DNA of 63,804 bases, the filler included, from Dimorphilus gyrociliatus (lineage: Eukaryota; Animalia; Annelida), in NCBI GenBank assembly GCA_904063045.1. It is 4 parts of 4 records of this genome, joined end to end, with 100 filler letters (N's around TTAATTAATTAA, not from the genome) between each part and the next. Parts side by side here need not be neighbours in the genome. Positions count along the whole stretch, not along the records: positions 20,937 to 42,574 come from CAJFCJ010000124.1; 3 more parts are not named here. One strand, given 5' to 3'. Position numbers and translations under genes: made by a program. Below, one piece after another: positions 23,545-36,546 of the stretch. The notes beneath the pieces are model-generated. The model searched no databases. It saw only the letters and a list, made by a program, of their open reading frames with translations, and was not told where the DNA came from. Every line of letters starts with the position of its first letter. The stretch's first letter is position 1.

Positions 23545-24731
23545 TAAACTACAAGTTTGTTTAAAAGTATTAGCAAATATTTATCCAAAGTTTTATATCA
23601 ATCTTTCAACAGAACATCAGAATATTACCAAATAAAGATGTGTATTAAATATTCTGAGCTTTCACCTCTAAGCAGACAGTTAGAAAACTAAGATAACAAT
23701 CATTAAATTTGAAGCGTCTGTATACTTTCCTAAGAGTTTAAAAGTTCACAATTTTAGTTCAAAATAATAAAAGTGTATATGTGAGTTTTTCCAAAGGAAT
23801 ATGTATTGAGTAAATGTGCTACAATCTAACAGTAATGCGTAGTCTATAGTTAGACAAACGAGACTGATGAGCTTTGGAAGTGTATCTCCTCTTATACAAT
23901 TACCAAAGCTTGGGTCAATTGATCCAATATTTGAAAAGATAAGATGTAACAAATATTCTTTCTAACATGAAAGACTATTACGTGATATTATGTAACAGAC
24001 AGCAGTTTTCAATTAAGAACCACATGGCCAACATGTGTTATTACATCATGCTATGTGAAATGAAACTAACCTTTCATATCAGTGTCTGATGTTATGTAAA
24101 ATGTAAAAATCTGCCATGCATCTTTTCGATGTTCTTTGTTCCTCTGCCAATTCCATTGTGGCTCCATCTATTATGCTTAAAGGTCTCTTTGATACAAAAT
24201 AGAAGTATTTCTAAAGTTCCTTCATGTCTAATTTCTATATATTAATATGTTACTACTTCTATGTGTACAACTGACTTGTGAAATGTTTCCAAGCTTCATA
24301 TTCTCCATATATACCAATATATAAAAATATTTTTGGGTAGGAATATATTATACAGAATCTCGTGTAGAATAAGCATGTTCTGAGTATATTTTCCCTCTTT
24401 TAGAAATTGATTTCAATACCTGAAATACAAATTAAAGAGCAGGGTTATGAAAATTTATGAACAATTCAATAATTTTCTTCTTTCTACCTTCCAAGTAAAA
24501 AACTCTAGAAATTCAATAAGTGTGATGACTGAGGCTCCCAAAAAAAGTCCCAAGAAACCTCCAACTTCAGACAGAAAGGATAGAAAGCCAAATTTTTCAT
24601 GCTGAGTGATCTTTTGATAGCTCATATCATTATAGAAAACGTTAACTTTTGCAAAATTCTTTCTGTTGAAAATTCAAATTAAAAACAAATTGTGACAAAG
24701 AGAGAAAGAGAAAGAAAGAGAGAAGTCTTAC

Positions 24732-27518
24732 AGGAAAAAATCCTTATCTATCCTGGAAATTTTGGAAAATTCAGACATAAAAGCTTGGAGATTTTTGTAA
24801 TCATATAATATGTCATAAAATACTTTTTGAGAGATATTAGGAAATTTAAATGTGTAATTAAGCATCTGATGAGTGAAATGGTAGAAACAATCACTCCAAA
24901 TATGTTCCAAAAATATGTGTAAATTTTCTGTTGAGCAATTATGGTTAATATCATATTCCTGTTTTTTCTCAAAATATAAAGATTCCAAATCTGTTATTTT
25001 TTTGTATAGTATTTTTTCATCATTCCTATCTTTTTTTGGCAAAGGCCATATAATATCTTGTTTAACTAAAAATTCAAGGTCAACTACAGTTGTAAATATT
25101 TGATATTTACTATTCCAGAATATTGTATAGTCATAATTCAACTCATCACAAAAGCTCATTAAACTTCTTAGGTTGTGAAGTAGATCATCCAATAGAAAAC
25201 TGTTTGATAAATTGAGCTTTTTAGTTGATGAATTCTCTTCTAAATATGATTGAAATGTTTGAGTTCTACTTAAAACATTTTCATAAATTATTTTAATTGG
25301 TTTAAGCCTATTCTGAAATTCTTTAAATCCTGAATGATTGATAAAAATCAATGATTTAATTTGGTTAAGTTTTAATAAAACATCTGTAAATACCAAATCT
25401 CTTTTACTAAATAGGCAAAGGGATTGAAAGTAAATATTATTAAAATTCTCTTCAATATTCAAAAGGGTTTGGATAACAATTTGAATTTTGTTACCAATAA
25501 CAACATAACTGTCATTTTCATTTACAGTATTATCAGTTATTAATTTCATCATATCTCTCAAATTGTTATAGAATTCATTACAAGTTCCATTGAATTTTAA
25601 TGCCGCTGAATTATTATTATTTTTAATATCTATTTCAAATATTCTCTCTATTTCCTTTAAATGGAACATCTGTAAACTCATTATTCCATTGACATCTTCA
25701 TATAACATTTTTGCTGCTTCTGTTACGTCAATCCAAAAATGATGAAAATCTTGACCAGGTTTTTTGTATACACTTAGGTGAAAATGTTCCATAAATTTAA
25801 TGCAAACTGTTGGTGTTTTATCCATCTTATGGATGTGTTTTAGACAATTTTCAAGATTTTGAAGGATAACATTATTCTTCCTTTCGCTTGGTCCAAATAA
25901 TTTTTGAATAAAATTGTGTGGAGAGAGCTCATTAATTCTTTCGACTATTTGAGCGATAGTTGATGAATTTAGGGCATTTTTCATTCTAGAAAAATTATAT
26001 TCAACAGTATTAACATCATTATGAAGTGTGTGAATATAATTTTCAAAATTTGAAATATTTTTATCATAATTTGAAAATAACTTGAAAATATTTTTCATAT
26101 TTTTTAAAAGTAAAGTTGTTTTTGTTGTAAATGGAGAAATAAATTTCTCATTTACCTGGAAGTTTTTATTAATTTTCCTTTCTTTAACTTCTAATATTTC
26201 ATGATAATCATTTGTCAACTTCTCCATTTTCTTTAAATTTGTATATAAAATTTTATCAGCAGCAAACTCTGATATTGCTGAAAATGAGAGATTAGGTTCA
26301 TAAATAATTTGATCACATGGTACAGCACATGCACAATCCATCATAACCTTGTCATCAGTTTTTGCTTTTTCCAAAGATTTTCTTACACATCCATAATTCT
26401 GTGACAAAGAACAGGCAATCTTTTCTGTTGTATTTGAATATTCTTTTAATATTGCTTTAGCTTCGAATGGTGTACAATTGCACATAGTTTCAACCATTTT
26501 CCAATAGCAATGATCTATACATTCAGCATGTGATTTGTACCCTGATTCAATACATTCCCCGTATGGTGAACCTAACTTATGAGATTCAATTCGCTTTATT
26601 CCAATGAGTGTATGCATTCCAGCTGCAACTGCAAATCCTAAATCTGACATAAGTGGTTTTATATGATCATTGTGCAGGAATATCTTAACGCCAGCATCAT
26701 TCTCGGGTCCAGGCATATAATCGTATTGTTCAATGTTGAATAGGAGTGAAAGGGCTTTATTCACACCAGGTTCAGTTACAGTTAAACAGGTAGGTGGATC
26801 CTGAGAAGAAGGTGAATTGAATGTATAGCATAATCCATATTCAGTAATTGTTGTTGAAATATATTCAGGCTTGCAAGGTTTACCCATCCAATAGCAGCTG
26901 AATATGAAATTTGATTGTTTATGTCCAGTATAATTGTAAATATATTCAATATCTTTGACATTTTCAGGCAAATATTGGTCAAATGAAACATTTTCATTGG
27001 TATGAGAGCTATAAATATTGTTGAGATATTTATAGAGATCCAGGTCTACAGAACTTTTCATCCTTGAAAAAAATAAAAAAAAACCAAATAATTCAAGAAA
27101 TTCTCTATACTTTCCTCTTCCTTCTCTTCCTTGTCCCCTTTCCCCTCTAAGCATAACTCTAACCCTTCTAAGGCAAAAAACAAAAAAATACAAAAAAATT
27201 TCTCTACCTAAATTTATTTTGGTTGCAAACTGTAACTGATGGAAATTCCATAGTTTTTGAATACACCACCTCAACATTAACTGTTGAGTCTTTTTTATCA
27301 AAGTCTAATCCCCTTCTTATCACTTGATAACAGAATATGAAAACTGCTACAAAGATAATAATTATCCAACAAATTCGTCTAAAAGGTGAAGATCCTTTAG
27401 CAAATACATTCTTGATGCCATGGAAGGTTGTTTCTTTAGAGAAGTTGGACCAAGTTTCTGTATTTTCAATATCCAGAATTCTAAGTTTCCCCTGTTGTGT
27501 TTTACTCTCAGGCTCCAT
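24732..27518 (-). CDS. DEG/ENaC (ASIC-like) channel subunit gene; exon 1 27518-27208, intron 27207-27063, exon 2 27062-24732; the TM2 exon was not found
   Basis: TTFHG, RRICW TM1, FPSVTVCNQNKFR, FSCYW.GKPC, YGLCYTFN, GVKIFLH, Cys-rich thumb, C.C.VPC...Y. Canonical GT-AG sites and a donor at 24731. Confidence 0.85.
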
Positions 27519-28075
27519 AATTTGAACTGATTTAATATTGTTAAAAATAGACTAAACTGACTAAAAATAGAATATTTATAACGTATACTCATGCAAAATT
27601 GTTATAAAACCATTCAAATACAAGATTTCAATCTAAAATATTAATTATTTTGTTATTATTCTTTATTGTCATAATGCTTATTGCATTAATAATTTTCAAT
27701 TTAATTCATTCAAATATTTTGCTTCTTTTTGTAAAATTTATTTTAATAAATTTAAAAAAAAATTTCTTTCAAAAAGTTAATTAGTGCAATTAGGAAGAAT
27801 AACCTAATTTTTGACACTTAACAGGTGTTTCGTTTCTTGTGCAAGGTGGATACAGAGTGAATATAATACAATTCATTCATTATGTACATATATGAACCAC
27901 ATGTAGCAGATATATAGATTTTTTTACCATGTAGTTTTATTACAAGTAGATGATCCTGAGAGGGCAAAAATAATATGCCCTGAGCCCAATCAGTTATTTA
28001 TAACCCTTATCTAGGAGTTTGACAAGCTAATGCTCAAATCTAAGGAATGGTAAAAAAAACTTTTTTCTGAAAGCT

Positions 28076-28766
28076 TCATAGTTATTTACATTTTTAAAAA
28101 AAGTTGTCAATGGATGAGGAACTACATGATACCAGAGTGCAATATTGCTGAGTTCTAAGTCAACAAACGTTGACCAAGGCCTCTTGGTGGATAGTTTTGG
28201 TATTATAATTAATATAGTTATTCTACTCTTAATAACTTATTTTCATATTTTTTATCTGTAGCTCTGCATGCTATATAATGTAGCCTACTTGTAAACTAGT
28301 TCAATTTGGATCAGTAATTTTTTCAACTCTAATTAGAGCTATATATTGTTCTGGTCAGGTGAAAATAGAGATCATTGGCTTTGTATTGAATTGTAAATAA
28401 ATGGGTGTTTTTTCTATGAAATTGCAAATCATTGTAGTATAAAGCCATTATAAAAACATAACAATAGCTTTTCACCTAGTTATTGATTTATTTTTTGTAT
28501 TTGTACATTTTTAATTCGATATTTTTCAAGAGACCTTTTTGACAGTGCAGTTTATTTGCCATAGTGATTTTACATTCACTAAACATTAAGGATTTTCCTT
28601 TTATAGATTTTGGAAAGTAGTAAGTAGACACCACATAGGGCTTGAGTCACATAAATACTACTTGGGTACAATGTAATAATGAAATTTTTCTTCTACCCTC
28701 CATGGGTCATCTATATTTGTACAGAGTACCTTTATCTATCTTTTCTTTTAAAAGGAACCATCATTT
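28076..28766 (+). repeat. 691-bp direct repeat, copy 1
   Basis: Matches 33091-33781; I saw only one substitution (gagtaccttt/gagtatcttt). Confidence 0.9.
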
Positions 28767-30109
28767 GTCAAATGAATTTAGGTCAGGACATTTGAGCTGT
28801 TCAATCTTATAGTTCCTTCAATATGAGCCATTTGTAAAAGTGACAAAATAACTCTTATTATTAGCTTTTACTTGTGCAAGTTCATCCAACAACCCCAATC
28901 TAGAGTTAAAATGAAATTTAATAGAGTATTGAGTAGATGAGTAGTGTAAGACCTCTTTAGATTTAATTGACAAATTTATAAAAGATAAAGCATTGGGTAA
29001 ATATTTATCATATTTCATTGAAACATTAATCGATTGTAAATTTCACACCTAGAAGGTGACTATTATTTCTAAATGTATATTCAAAAATGAATCTATTAAG
29101 CTCAAAACTGTAGGAAGTCAATTAGAAATCTTTTCTTTTAAGGAATAACAAATTCTTCACTTCCTGTATGCTCCAACGTTGAGACAATATCTTTCTCCAC
29201 AGAAATCTTGTTCAATAGGTAGATGGTATCGTCATCTTTCTCGATACCTAATTTGACTTTTTGACCTGGAGCTTAAACATTGTTTAAAGATTCAAATAGA
29301 ACCAGTATTGTTGTAACTTCCAAACGCATAAATTGGCCAAGCAGAGCAGTATGATAAACATCATCGGAAAAGTTGAACACATAATTTTTGGATTATCTTC
29401 TAATCACGCAAAAGAAAGATGAACAGATTTGGGGAGGAGAAGGTTAAAAAATGAAATACTGTTGATAGTTAAATAAAATCTATAATTTGCAAAACATTTT
29501 ATTGAGTACAGAGTAATATATTTTAGGCATAAAAGTCATATTATACAAATTATTCCAAATTTTAGCGATTTGTTATTAATGAACGTCCTACTCATTTTAC
29601 TCTCAATTGATATTCAAAATAAAGGCATCTATTATCTCAATGATCTTGAACGAAGATAATCAATTTTATGTAGTTTAAATGGTGTTTTTACAACATTTTC
29701 ACTATTATTATCTGCTGTCCGATATCACTTATAAATGGTTAACGCTTATATATATAACATGATGTTAATAAATCGCTAAACATCAACAGTAAATAATATG
29801 GTTTAGAACATTTGATAGACACAAATTGACAAATATACAAAATGCATTTCCAATTAGACCTACAACCCCAAAACTCCAAAAAAAACACAATTGTTATTAG
29901 AACTCAATAACCTCTGACAACTAAAGAAGATCAGTGAAGAAGATTTACATGATAAATCTTTACCTAGAAATTTCCACGCTTAACAGCAAAATTGGAAACT
30001 GTCACCAATAATGTATTGTAGTTTTATAGGCCCAAACAGAATATTCTTTCTTTGTAAAAGTGAAATATCAGTGTTTGAAATATAAAGATATCTCAGGCTT
30101 TTCAATTGT

Positions 30110-30790
30110 TTAAAAGATTTGAATCATTTTGATTGGACAATTTGACATTTTTAAACTCCTCATTCTTGTCAATAATGAGAAATCTTTAGATTTTACAACA
30201 GTTGCGTTTGTAAAAGATTTGTCCTGATGTTGTAACTTTGAACACTCTAAATAATTTGATAGAAAGAAAAGAGAAGAAATTGAATTATGGGAAATATCAA
30301 GGTACTGCAACATTTCCAACTTGGAATTCATGTTTAAAATATATTTCTTTCTAGTTGTATTTATGAGGCTAAGATATATTAAATTTGGCGTGAAGATTGG
30401 AGAAAATGTAAAACTATTTTGAACATATTCAATACTTAGGATTGTTAAATCTGATGATGGTTTTAGAAAGTTTGCAGGTGTGAAACCTTTAATGACTATT
30501 CTTTTCAAATGTGTCAAAAATTTTATTTCCTTTTCACTCAAATTCATGAAATGTTCTCTTCCATTTGAATTTCTGAAGTCACAATACATATCGTATCCTA
30601 TCTTTATTTTGCAGTGTTCAATGTATATGTCCAAATGATTTTGCATTGAACAAAGAAGCTCATCGCTGCCATTTTGACAGTCAACAATTCCATTACAAAC
30701 ACTTTCAAGCTCTATGACAGAGATATTGTCCATAAGGACAAGAGGATCTGTTACACTTTGATGTTTTGGAAAATGAATTTGTTTTTGAAT
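30110..30790 (-). pseudogene. Degenerate LDLa + LRR fragment of a GRL101-like receptor
   Basis: CPYGQYLC (other frame) is frameshifted into SVCNGIVDCQNGSDELLC. LRR LQYLDISHN and LKMSNC; paralogous to 48605-50017. Confidence 0.7.
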
Positions 30791-31615
30791 GTCCCAGAGA
30801 GTTTTTCACAAAGTATTTGGATATTTATGAAGGACTTAAACACTTAAAACAGTTGTTAATTGATTGTAATGTTGACAATTGTAAATTGAATGAAAGACAA
30901 CTTAAAATGATTAAGTTTTTACTAAAACATTAATTTAACAAGGAAAACACTATCTTTGTTGTATTATTTGAAATTTTCAAACCACTCAGACTAAGCTGAA
31001 AAGGATACTACGGCCAATATTTATTCTAATAATTCTGTCTTGTTTTTTACACTATTGTACTACTCCTGCTTTACCAATTTATGTATTTGCAACTTACAAC
31101 AACACTGCTTCTACTCTTACCTTTAAATAAATATTTGTTTAAATGGTTTATTTAAAATAGAATACTTAAGCAAGTAACAACATGAAAATTCATTAGTAGA
31201 GTACATAGTTCCTAATAGCAGGTTCCCAAACACTGAGGGATAAAGATTTGCTCTAGTAAACGTTATTTCCAGATGATCTTCTCAGATAATTAGATTGAAA
31301 TAGGATGATTAGGATAAAACAGAGGTTTGAGGTTTGCTTGGACAAATGTTATTGCATTTTCTTAGGTAAGTTTTAAGAAGTAAAGGTTTCATATAATAGC
31401 ATAGTTTATGCATAAAAAGTATAACGAAACTTGTACATTATCGTAATTATTAAAAGCTGTCAATAGGCCTAATTCATAAACAATGACAAACTTTACCTTG
31501 TGTAAAACTAGAAAAATGGTGTTTTGCATCATTAAAATACTACCAACAAGGTCTGTAACAATAGTTTTATAAAATTCTTAATTTTTTTCATCTACTTGAT
31601 TGTATATTCTGTTTT

Positions 31616-32570
31616 TTAAACGTTTTCTTCCTTTGGTAAATTTTCAGCCTCTCTCTTTAGTTCATTTGCCCCATTCATAGAAATTGTAATATTTCCATTT
31701 GCTCCTGTTATAGAACAAAAATCATACTAACAAAAAAAGAACAATGCAGCCTTACCATTATCTTGTGTGCCGTTATATAAGTTTTCTATTAATGTAACAT
31801 GATTTGTTGAAATATTTTTTTTTCTGAAAAGAAAAAACATTATTGTACAAATATTTTTGTTCCTAAAAACAAGCTAACTGGACAAATACGTAACATCCTA
31901 TTACTAAAGATAATAAATGGGAACTGGATAGTTCACTAACTGCAAAGCTAATGATTGGATGCTAGAGATAAAATAATAAAGTACTCACGAGATACAACAA
32001 TTTTTTCCTGTTTTTAAACATTTCCAGAAAAATTTAAGTAAAGACCATAATAGAAAAATAATAGTAAAACATTGCACCATTACAGAAAATAGAAATAACA
32101 TTGCTATTCCAAGTATAAATTCCAAGCCAATTTCAAATATATAACAACTTGCCAGTGTAATATCCGCTTTTTGTATATATACCAAACATATTGGTATGAA
32201 TATAAGATTTAAAAGTTTAATAAAAATTACTACACATCTCAAATGTACTGGAAAAAAACATATATATAAAATCATTATAGAAAAACCATTTAAAATCCAA
32301 AAAACATAAAATAAGATACTGCAAAATTAAAAAGAAAAAATTTTTTAAATAGTTGCCATTGTTGAGAGTAACTTACCTTTTATGATTAATATCTGACAAC
32401 GAAATAATTGAGAAGCTTGGATTGTCACCATTGAATATTGTCTTAACATTTGGAAAGAACAGTATAATGAGTGGCATAAATAGGCAAATTGATGAAAAGA
32501 CATAAAGTAAGACTTTTAAAAGTCTTTTAAAAATGAAACTTTCACCGTTCGATATTGTGTCGATATTCAT
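31616..32570 (-). CDS. Four-exon gene for a small multi-pass membrane protein of unknown family
   Basis: In-frame splicing by eye: ATG 32570 to donor 32376; ttgcag acceptor to donor tc|gtgagt at ~31988; cag acceptor 31824 to aatg|gtaagg; aacag acceptor to GANGNITIS...EENV* (stop 31618-31616). Several hydrophobic helices. Confidence 0.6.
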
Positions 32571-33090
32571 CTTTTCCTTTATGCACTCAACTGCGAATTT
32601 TTAAGACAGACAATGTTTATATTACATTCTAAATTTCTAGATATCCATGGTTAATTTAAATTTGAATATGAAGGTATTACTTAAATGATATGTAAACATT
32701 TTTTATTGCCATTTTGAAGGAAAAGATTAACAAGATCATGTATTTTTACTGCATGAGTACATATTCTCAAAAAGGCTAGGATTGGCCAATCAAGTCATTT
32801 TACTCATTTTTAATGTATTATGAATTCCTTAGGACAGATATATATTTATATATAGAAAGAAGAGAATATACAGTTTAACCCAAGTATAGTTTCACCTGCT
32901 CCCCTGTAAAAAATTCTTTGGTAACATGATAAATTTTTCTTTCAACATTCCATATCAATTGGCTGATTTCAGATGAGCAATAAAACAAAGTTCACTTCAA
33001 AATGAAATTTTTTACTATGCTGGCCTATAGAAGGGTTTTAGCCACTTTTTGTGTATAAAACGAAAGTAAAAACTTTGTGGAAAAAATGAG

Positions 33091-33781
33091 TCATAGTTAT
33101 TTACATTTTTAAAAAAAGTTGTCAATGGATGAGGAACTACATGATACCAGAGTGCAATATTGCTGAGTTCTAAGTCAACAAACGTTGACCAAGGCCTCTT
33201 GGTGGATAGTTTTGGTATTATAATTAATATAGTTATTCTACTCTTAATAACTTATTTTCATATTTTTTATCTGTAGCTCTGCATGCTATATAATGTAGCC
33301 TACTTGTAAACTAGTTCAATTTGGATCAGTAATTTTTTCAACTCTAATTAGAGCTATATATTGTTCTGGTCAGGTGAAAATAGAGATCATTGGCTTTGTA
33401 TTGAATTGTAAATAAATGGGTGTTTTTTCTATGAAATTGCAAATCATTGTAGTATAAAGCCATTATAAAAACATAACAATAGCTTTTCACCTAGTTATTG
33501 ATTTATTTTTTGTATTTGTACATTTTTAATTCGATATTTTTCAAGAGACCTTTTTGACAGTGCAGTTTATTTGCCATAGTGATTTTACATTCACTAAACA
33601 TTAAGGATTTTCCTTTTATAGATTTTGGAAAGTAGTAAGTAGACACCACATAGGGCTTGAGTCACATAAATACTACTTGGGTACAATGTAATAATGAAAT
33701 TTTTCTTCTACCCTCCATGGGTCATCTATATTTGTACAGAGTATCTTTATCTATCTTTTCTTTTAAAAGGAACCATCATTT
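33091..33781 (+). repeat. 691-bp direct repeat, copy 2
   Basis: Matches 28076-28766. Confidence 0.9.
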
Positions 33782-34199
33782 CAAGACTTTAACTAAATTA
33801 TAAAAAATGTCGACACAGGATACAGGAATATCTGGGATTGAACTTTCTCAGCCAAGTCTCAAACTGCTTACTAAATATTTCTTGAGAAGGGTTTTGCTAT
33901 GAATGTTTTCTATTGCAAAATTTAAAAAGTAGAACTATTCTATTATATTGCAAAAGTTCTTTAAAAAAGCATATTTAGTACTTTTGAGTTATTTGTTTTG
34001 GATGGAAATTTGAAGCTACTAGAATTATATATTATAAATTTTAGTAGATTTTTCCTTTTGAAAAACACTGAATAAGAAGAATTAGAAATATTTGAATATG
34101 AATATATTAAATAAGTCTAAAATAGAGTGCCAACAAGAGAGACTGACTGTATTGTAACACCATTGAAGAACAAAGATATAATAGCCTGGGGTATAAATC

Positions 34200-34625
34200 T
34201 AACAAACTTTTTCATGTAAATCCAATGATGTGATTTAAGTAATTTCAAACTGTTGTCACAAGCAAAATACTTTCCTTTGAATACTCTGATATGCTAGTCC
34301 TTGCTGTCTACAGATTTTCTTCTCACTTAGCAGTTTTTTATAAAGATATATCATATCTGCTTCTCTTTTCAGTTCATCCAAAGGGAAATACACAGCAGAG
34401 TTAAATTGAAAATTTTTGTTTAGCCTATAATGTCAGCCGACAAGATCACTATTGGTTCTGATAGCCTCACCATACAAAGACCACCCCTCTGGTTTAAAAA
34501 ATTCACTTATCCATTGTGTCTCCTTGTACTCAAATAAAGACTTTGTTTCAAAGGAACATATCTCTTTAATAGAGTTGGTTTAACTAAATCAGAAGGCAGG
34601 AAGAGTGAAGAAACTTATTAATTTT
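34200..34625 (-). pseudogene. MULE transposase C-terminal remnant
   Basis: Translates to LFLPSDLVKPT...QWI...WSLY..AIRTNSDLVG*H.RLN...ELKREAD...KLLSE, homologous to the last exon of the 20937-22772 MULE. Confidence 0.7.
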
Positions 34626-35480
34626 CTGCTTTAAATTGTAATAGTAAGAATTTTTATAATTGGTAATTTAACATAGATAAGTTATGTTCATCTTGCATTC
34701 TATCAAATATCTTACTAATATTAATGTCAAAAAAAATTTTACTTTTTTTAAAACAGTATAGTTGCCCTTCAATTAGATGATCCGTACTGTATATTTTTGT
34801 CTGTTTTCTTTCAGCTTTTGAATAGTTGTGCTTCATTTATACACAATTGTAGAAATTTCTATTCTATTGAACATGAAAGATTATTATCTCACATTATAAA
34901 ACATTTAACAGTTTAAATTAAGGCCTCATGACCAAAATGTGTTTCGTCATAACATTGTGTGAATTGTATTAAATTTGAATGTAACTATCTGGTGGTTATG
35001 AATAAAGTAATGTTTTTGTTCTTTTGTCATTTCCATAGTGGCGCCATCTGTTATAGCCAAATAATCTATTTCCTACAAAATAAGCATTTGAAAAAAAGGG
35101 TTTTTACTTCTTTTTCTCATCCATATCATCTAGTTTCCCTTAGATATGAACATTACTTATTAAGAAATGAAACAGATCAATTCTTTTAATTCACTCTATC
35201 AAAGTCAATCATAAGTGCTGTTCAATACATTTAAATAAATTTATAACTATAATCAATTACATGAATATAGATAAAGATTAGTCCATGTTTAACAAAAATA
35301 GTATTATAGAAAACTAAGCATTAGGTTTCCAATAAGATTTTGGAGAATTTCTTGGGTTAGGAAAATTTCAAATCTATTTCCTCCAAACTGTTTGGCCTAA
35401 ACTTTGAGGTTTAAAATGAACAAAATAACAGATATACATCAATTGTGTTGGTTAGGGTTATCCCATAAAATTCATGATTT

Positions 35481-35652
35481 AGCCCTAACCATAACCTAGC
35501 CCTTGTCTCTCCTTAACCTTTTTGTTTGCTCCTAACCCTTAGATGGAACCCCCCTAACTATAAATCAAAAGCTACTTTACCCCTCCTAACCATTTTTCAA
35601 TCCCAAATGTTGCTTTCAAAAATCTCATTTGGGGACGTTTTCTGTCGGTCCC
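35481..35652 (+). repeat. TAACCC-rich MITE-like family, partial copy
   Basis: Its 3' ~95 bp is near-identical in inverted orientation to 39208-39297; core ttgctcctaaccctt at 35526-35540. Confidence 0.65.
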
Positions 35653-36175
35653 AATCTTTATATATCAAATACTCTCATTAAGGTTAACTCTTTTAGTACT
35701 TAGTTAAATTGCAATAATGCTAAAAAATTTTGATGGAATTCCGCAGGGTTTAGATATTAAAATTTTATGGTTTTGATATAAAAAGATTTACCCATATTGT
35801 TTGCCAATACTACCTGCGACAAGTTGAAAACATCAGTGTGATTAATAAAAAAAAATAATATGTAAAAAAATAGAGTTTCTAGATAATAACAAAAACATGA
35901 CTTTGCCAATGTAATTAATGTTACACCTGTACTCTTTTCAGTTCTCATTAATATACTCTAATCTAAAAATATATATCAATTACCTTATCATTTACACAGA
36001 GATCAATGTGTTAGATTAAATAGTTGCTATACAATCTTCATACAGAAATGGAATAGGTAGAGTTAAATGAATGATTATTCATTTTTAATTTATCAACTCA
36101 TTTATCTATTATTAGCTTTCAAACATTTTATATAAATATCCAAATTTTGTGGTAGTCCAACATCAACTTTGAAAA

Positions 36176-36546
36176 ATGAAGTTTTTTGTGTTTTCTCTAC
36201 TTGTACTATTTATAGCCTACCAAGTTCATGCCAATACGGCATTTGCTGATTTAGATGAGAGTGAAAAAGGCTTGGCTAATGATGAAAATGTGCTCCAAGA
36301 TGTTGATGAAAGAGCTATTGACGAAAGGGCTGAAGAAGCTCTAATGAAAGTATGTTCTACACTATGATTATTTTTTATTAAATGTTTAATGTAATGCTGA
36401 TTTTTTATTGTTTTCAGAGAGGACGTCTCATTGGAAATTACTATTTTAAATGTGGTGCATGCGCTCTAGCTCCAAGATCCAAGAAATGTCAAAGAATCAT
36501 CAGATTATGCATGTTGAAATTTGGAATTGCAATTTCAAAATGGTAA
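36176..36546 (+). CDS. Two-exon secreted prepropeptide (100 aa): signal peptide, acidic pro-region, KR site, 41-aa cationic 4-Cys mature peptide; candidate antimicrobial peptide/toxin
   Basis: Exon 1 36176-36349, intron 36350-36417 (gtatgt...ttttcag), exon 2 36418-36546 in frame. TATA-like tataaat at ~36130 and AATAAA at 36624. Confidence 0.8.

Noticed and set aside
23864-23870. CTGATGA as another hammerhead core
   Set aside because: No stem II-GAAA or stem I pairing follows.
27063-27301. N-terminus of the 857-aa ORF as listed
   Set aside because: It reads through exon 1 in the wrong frame and through intron 27063-27207; the real start is ATG 27518.
28076-33781. LTR retrotransposon bounded by the 691-bp repeats
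   Set aside because: No TG...CA termini, PBS/PPT or gag/pol between them.
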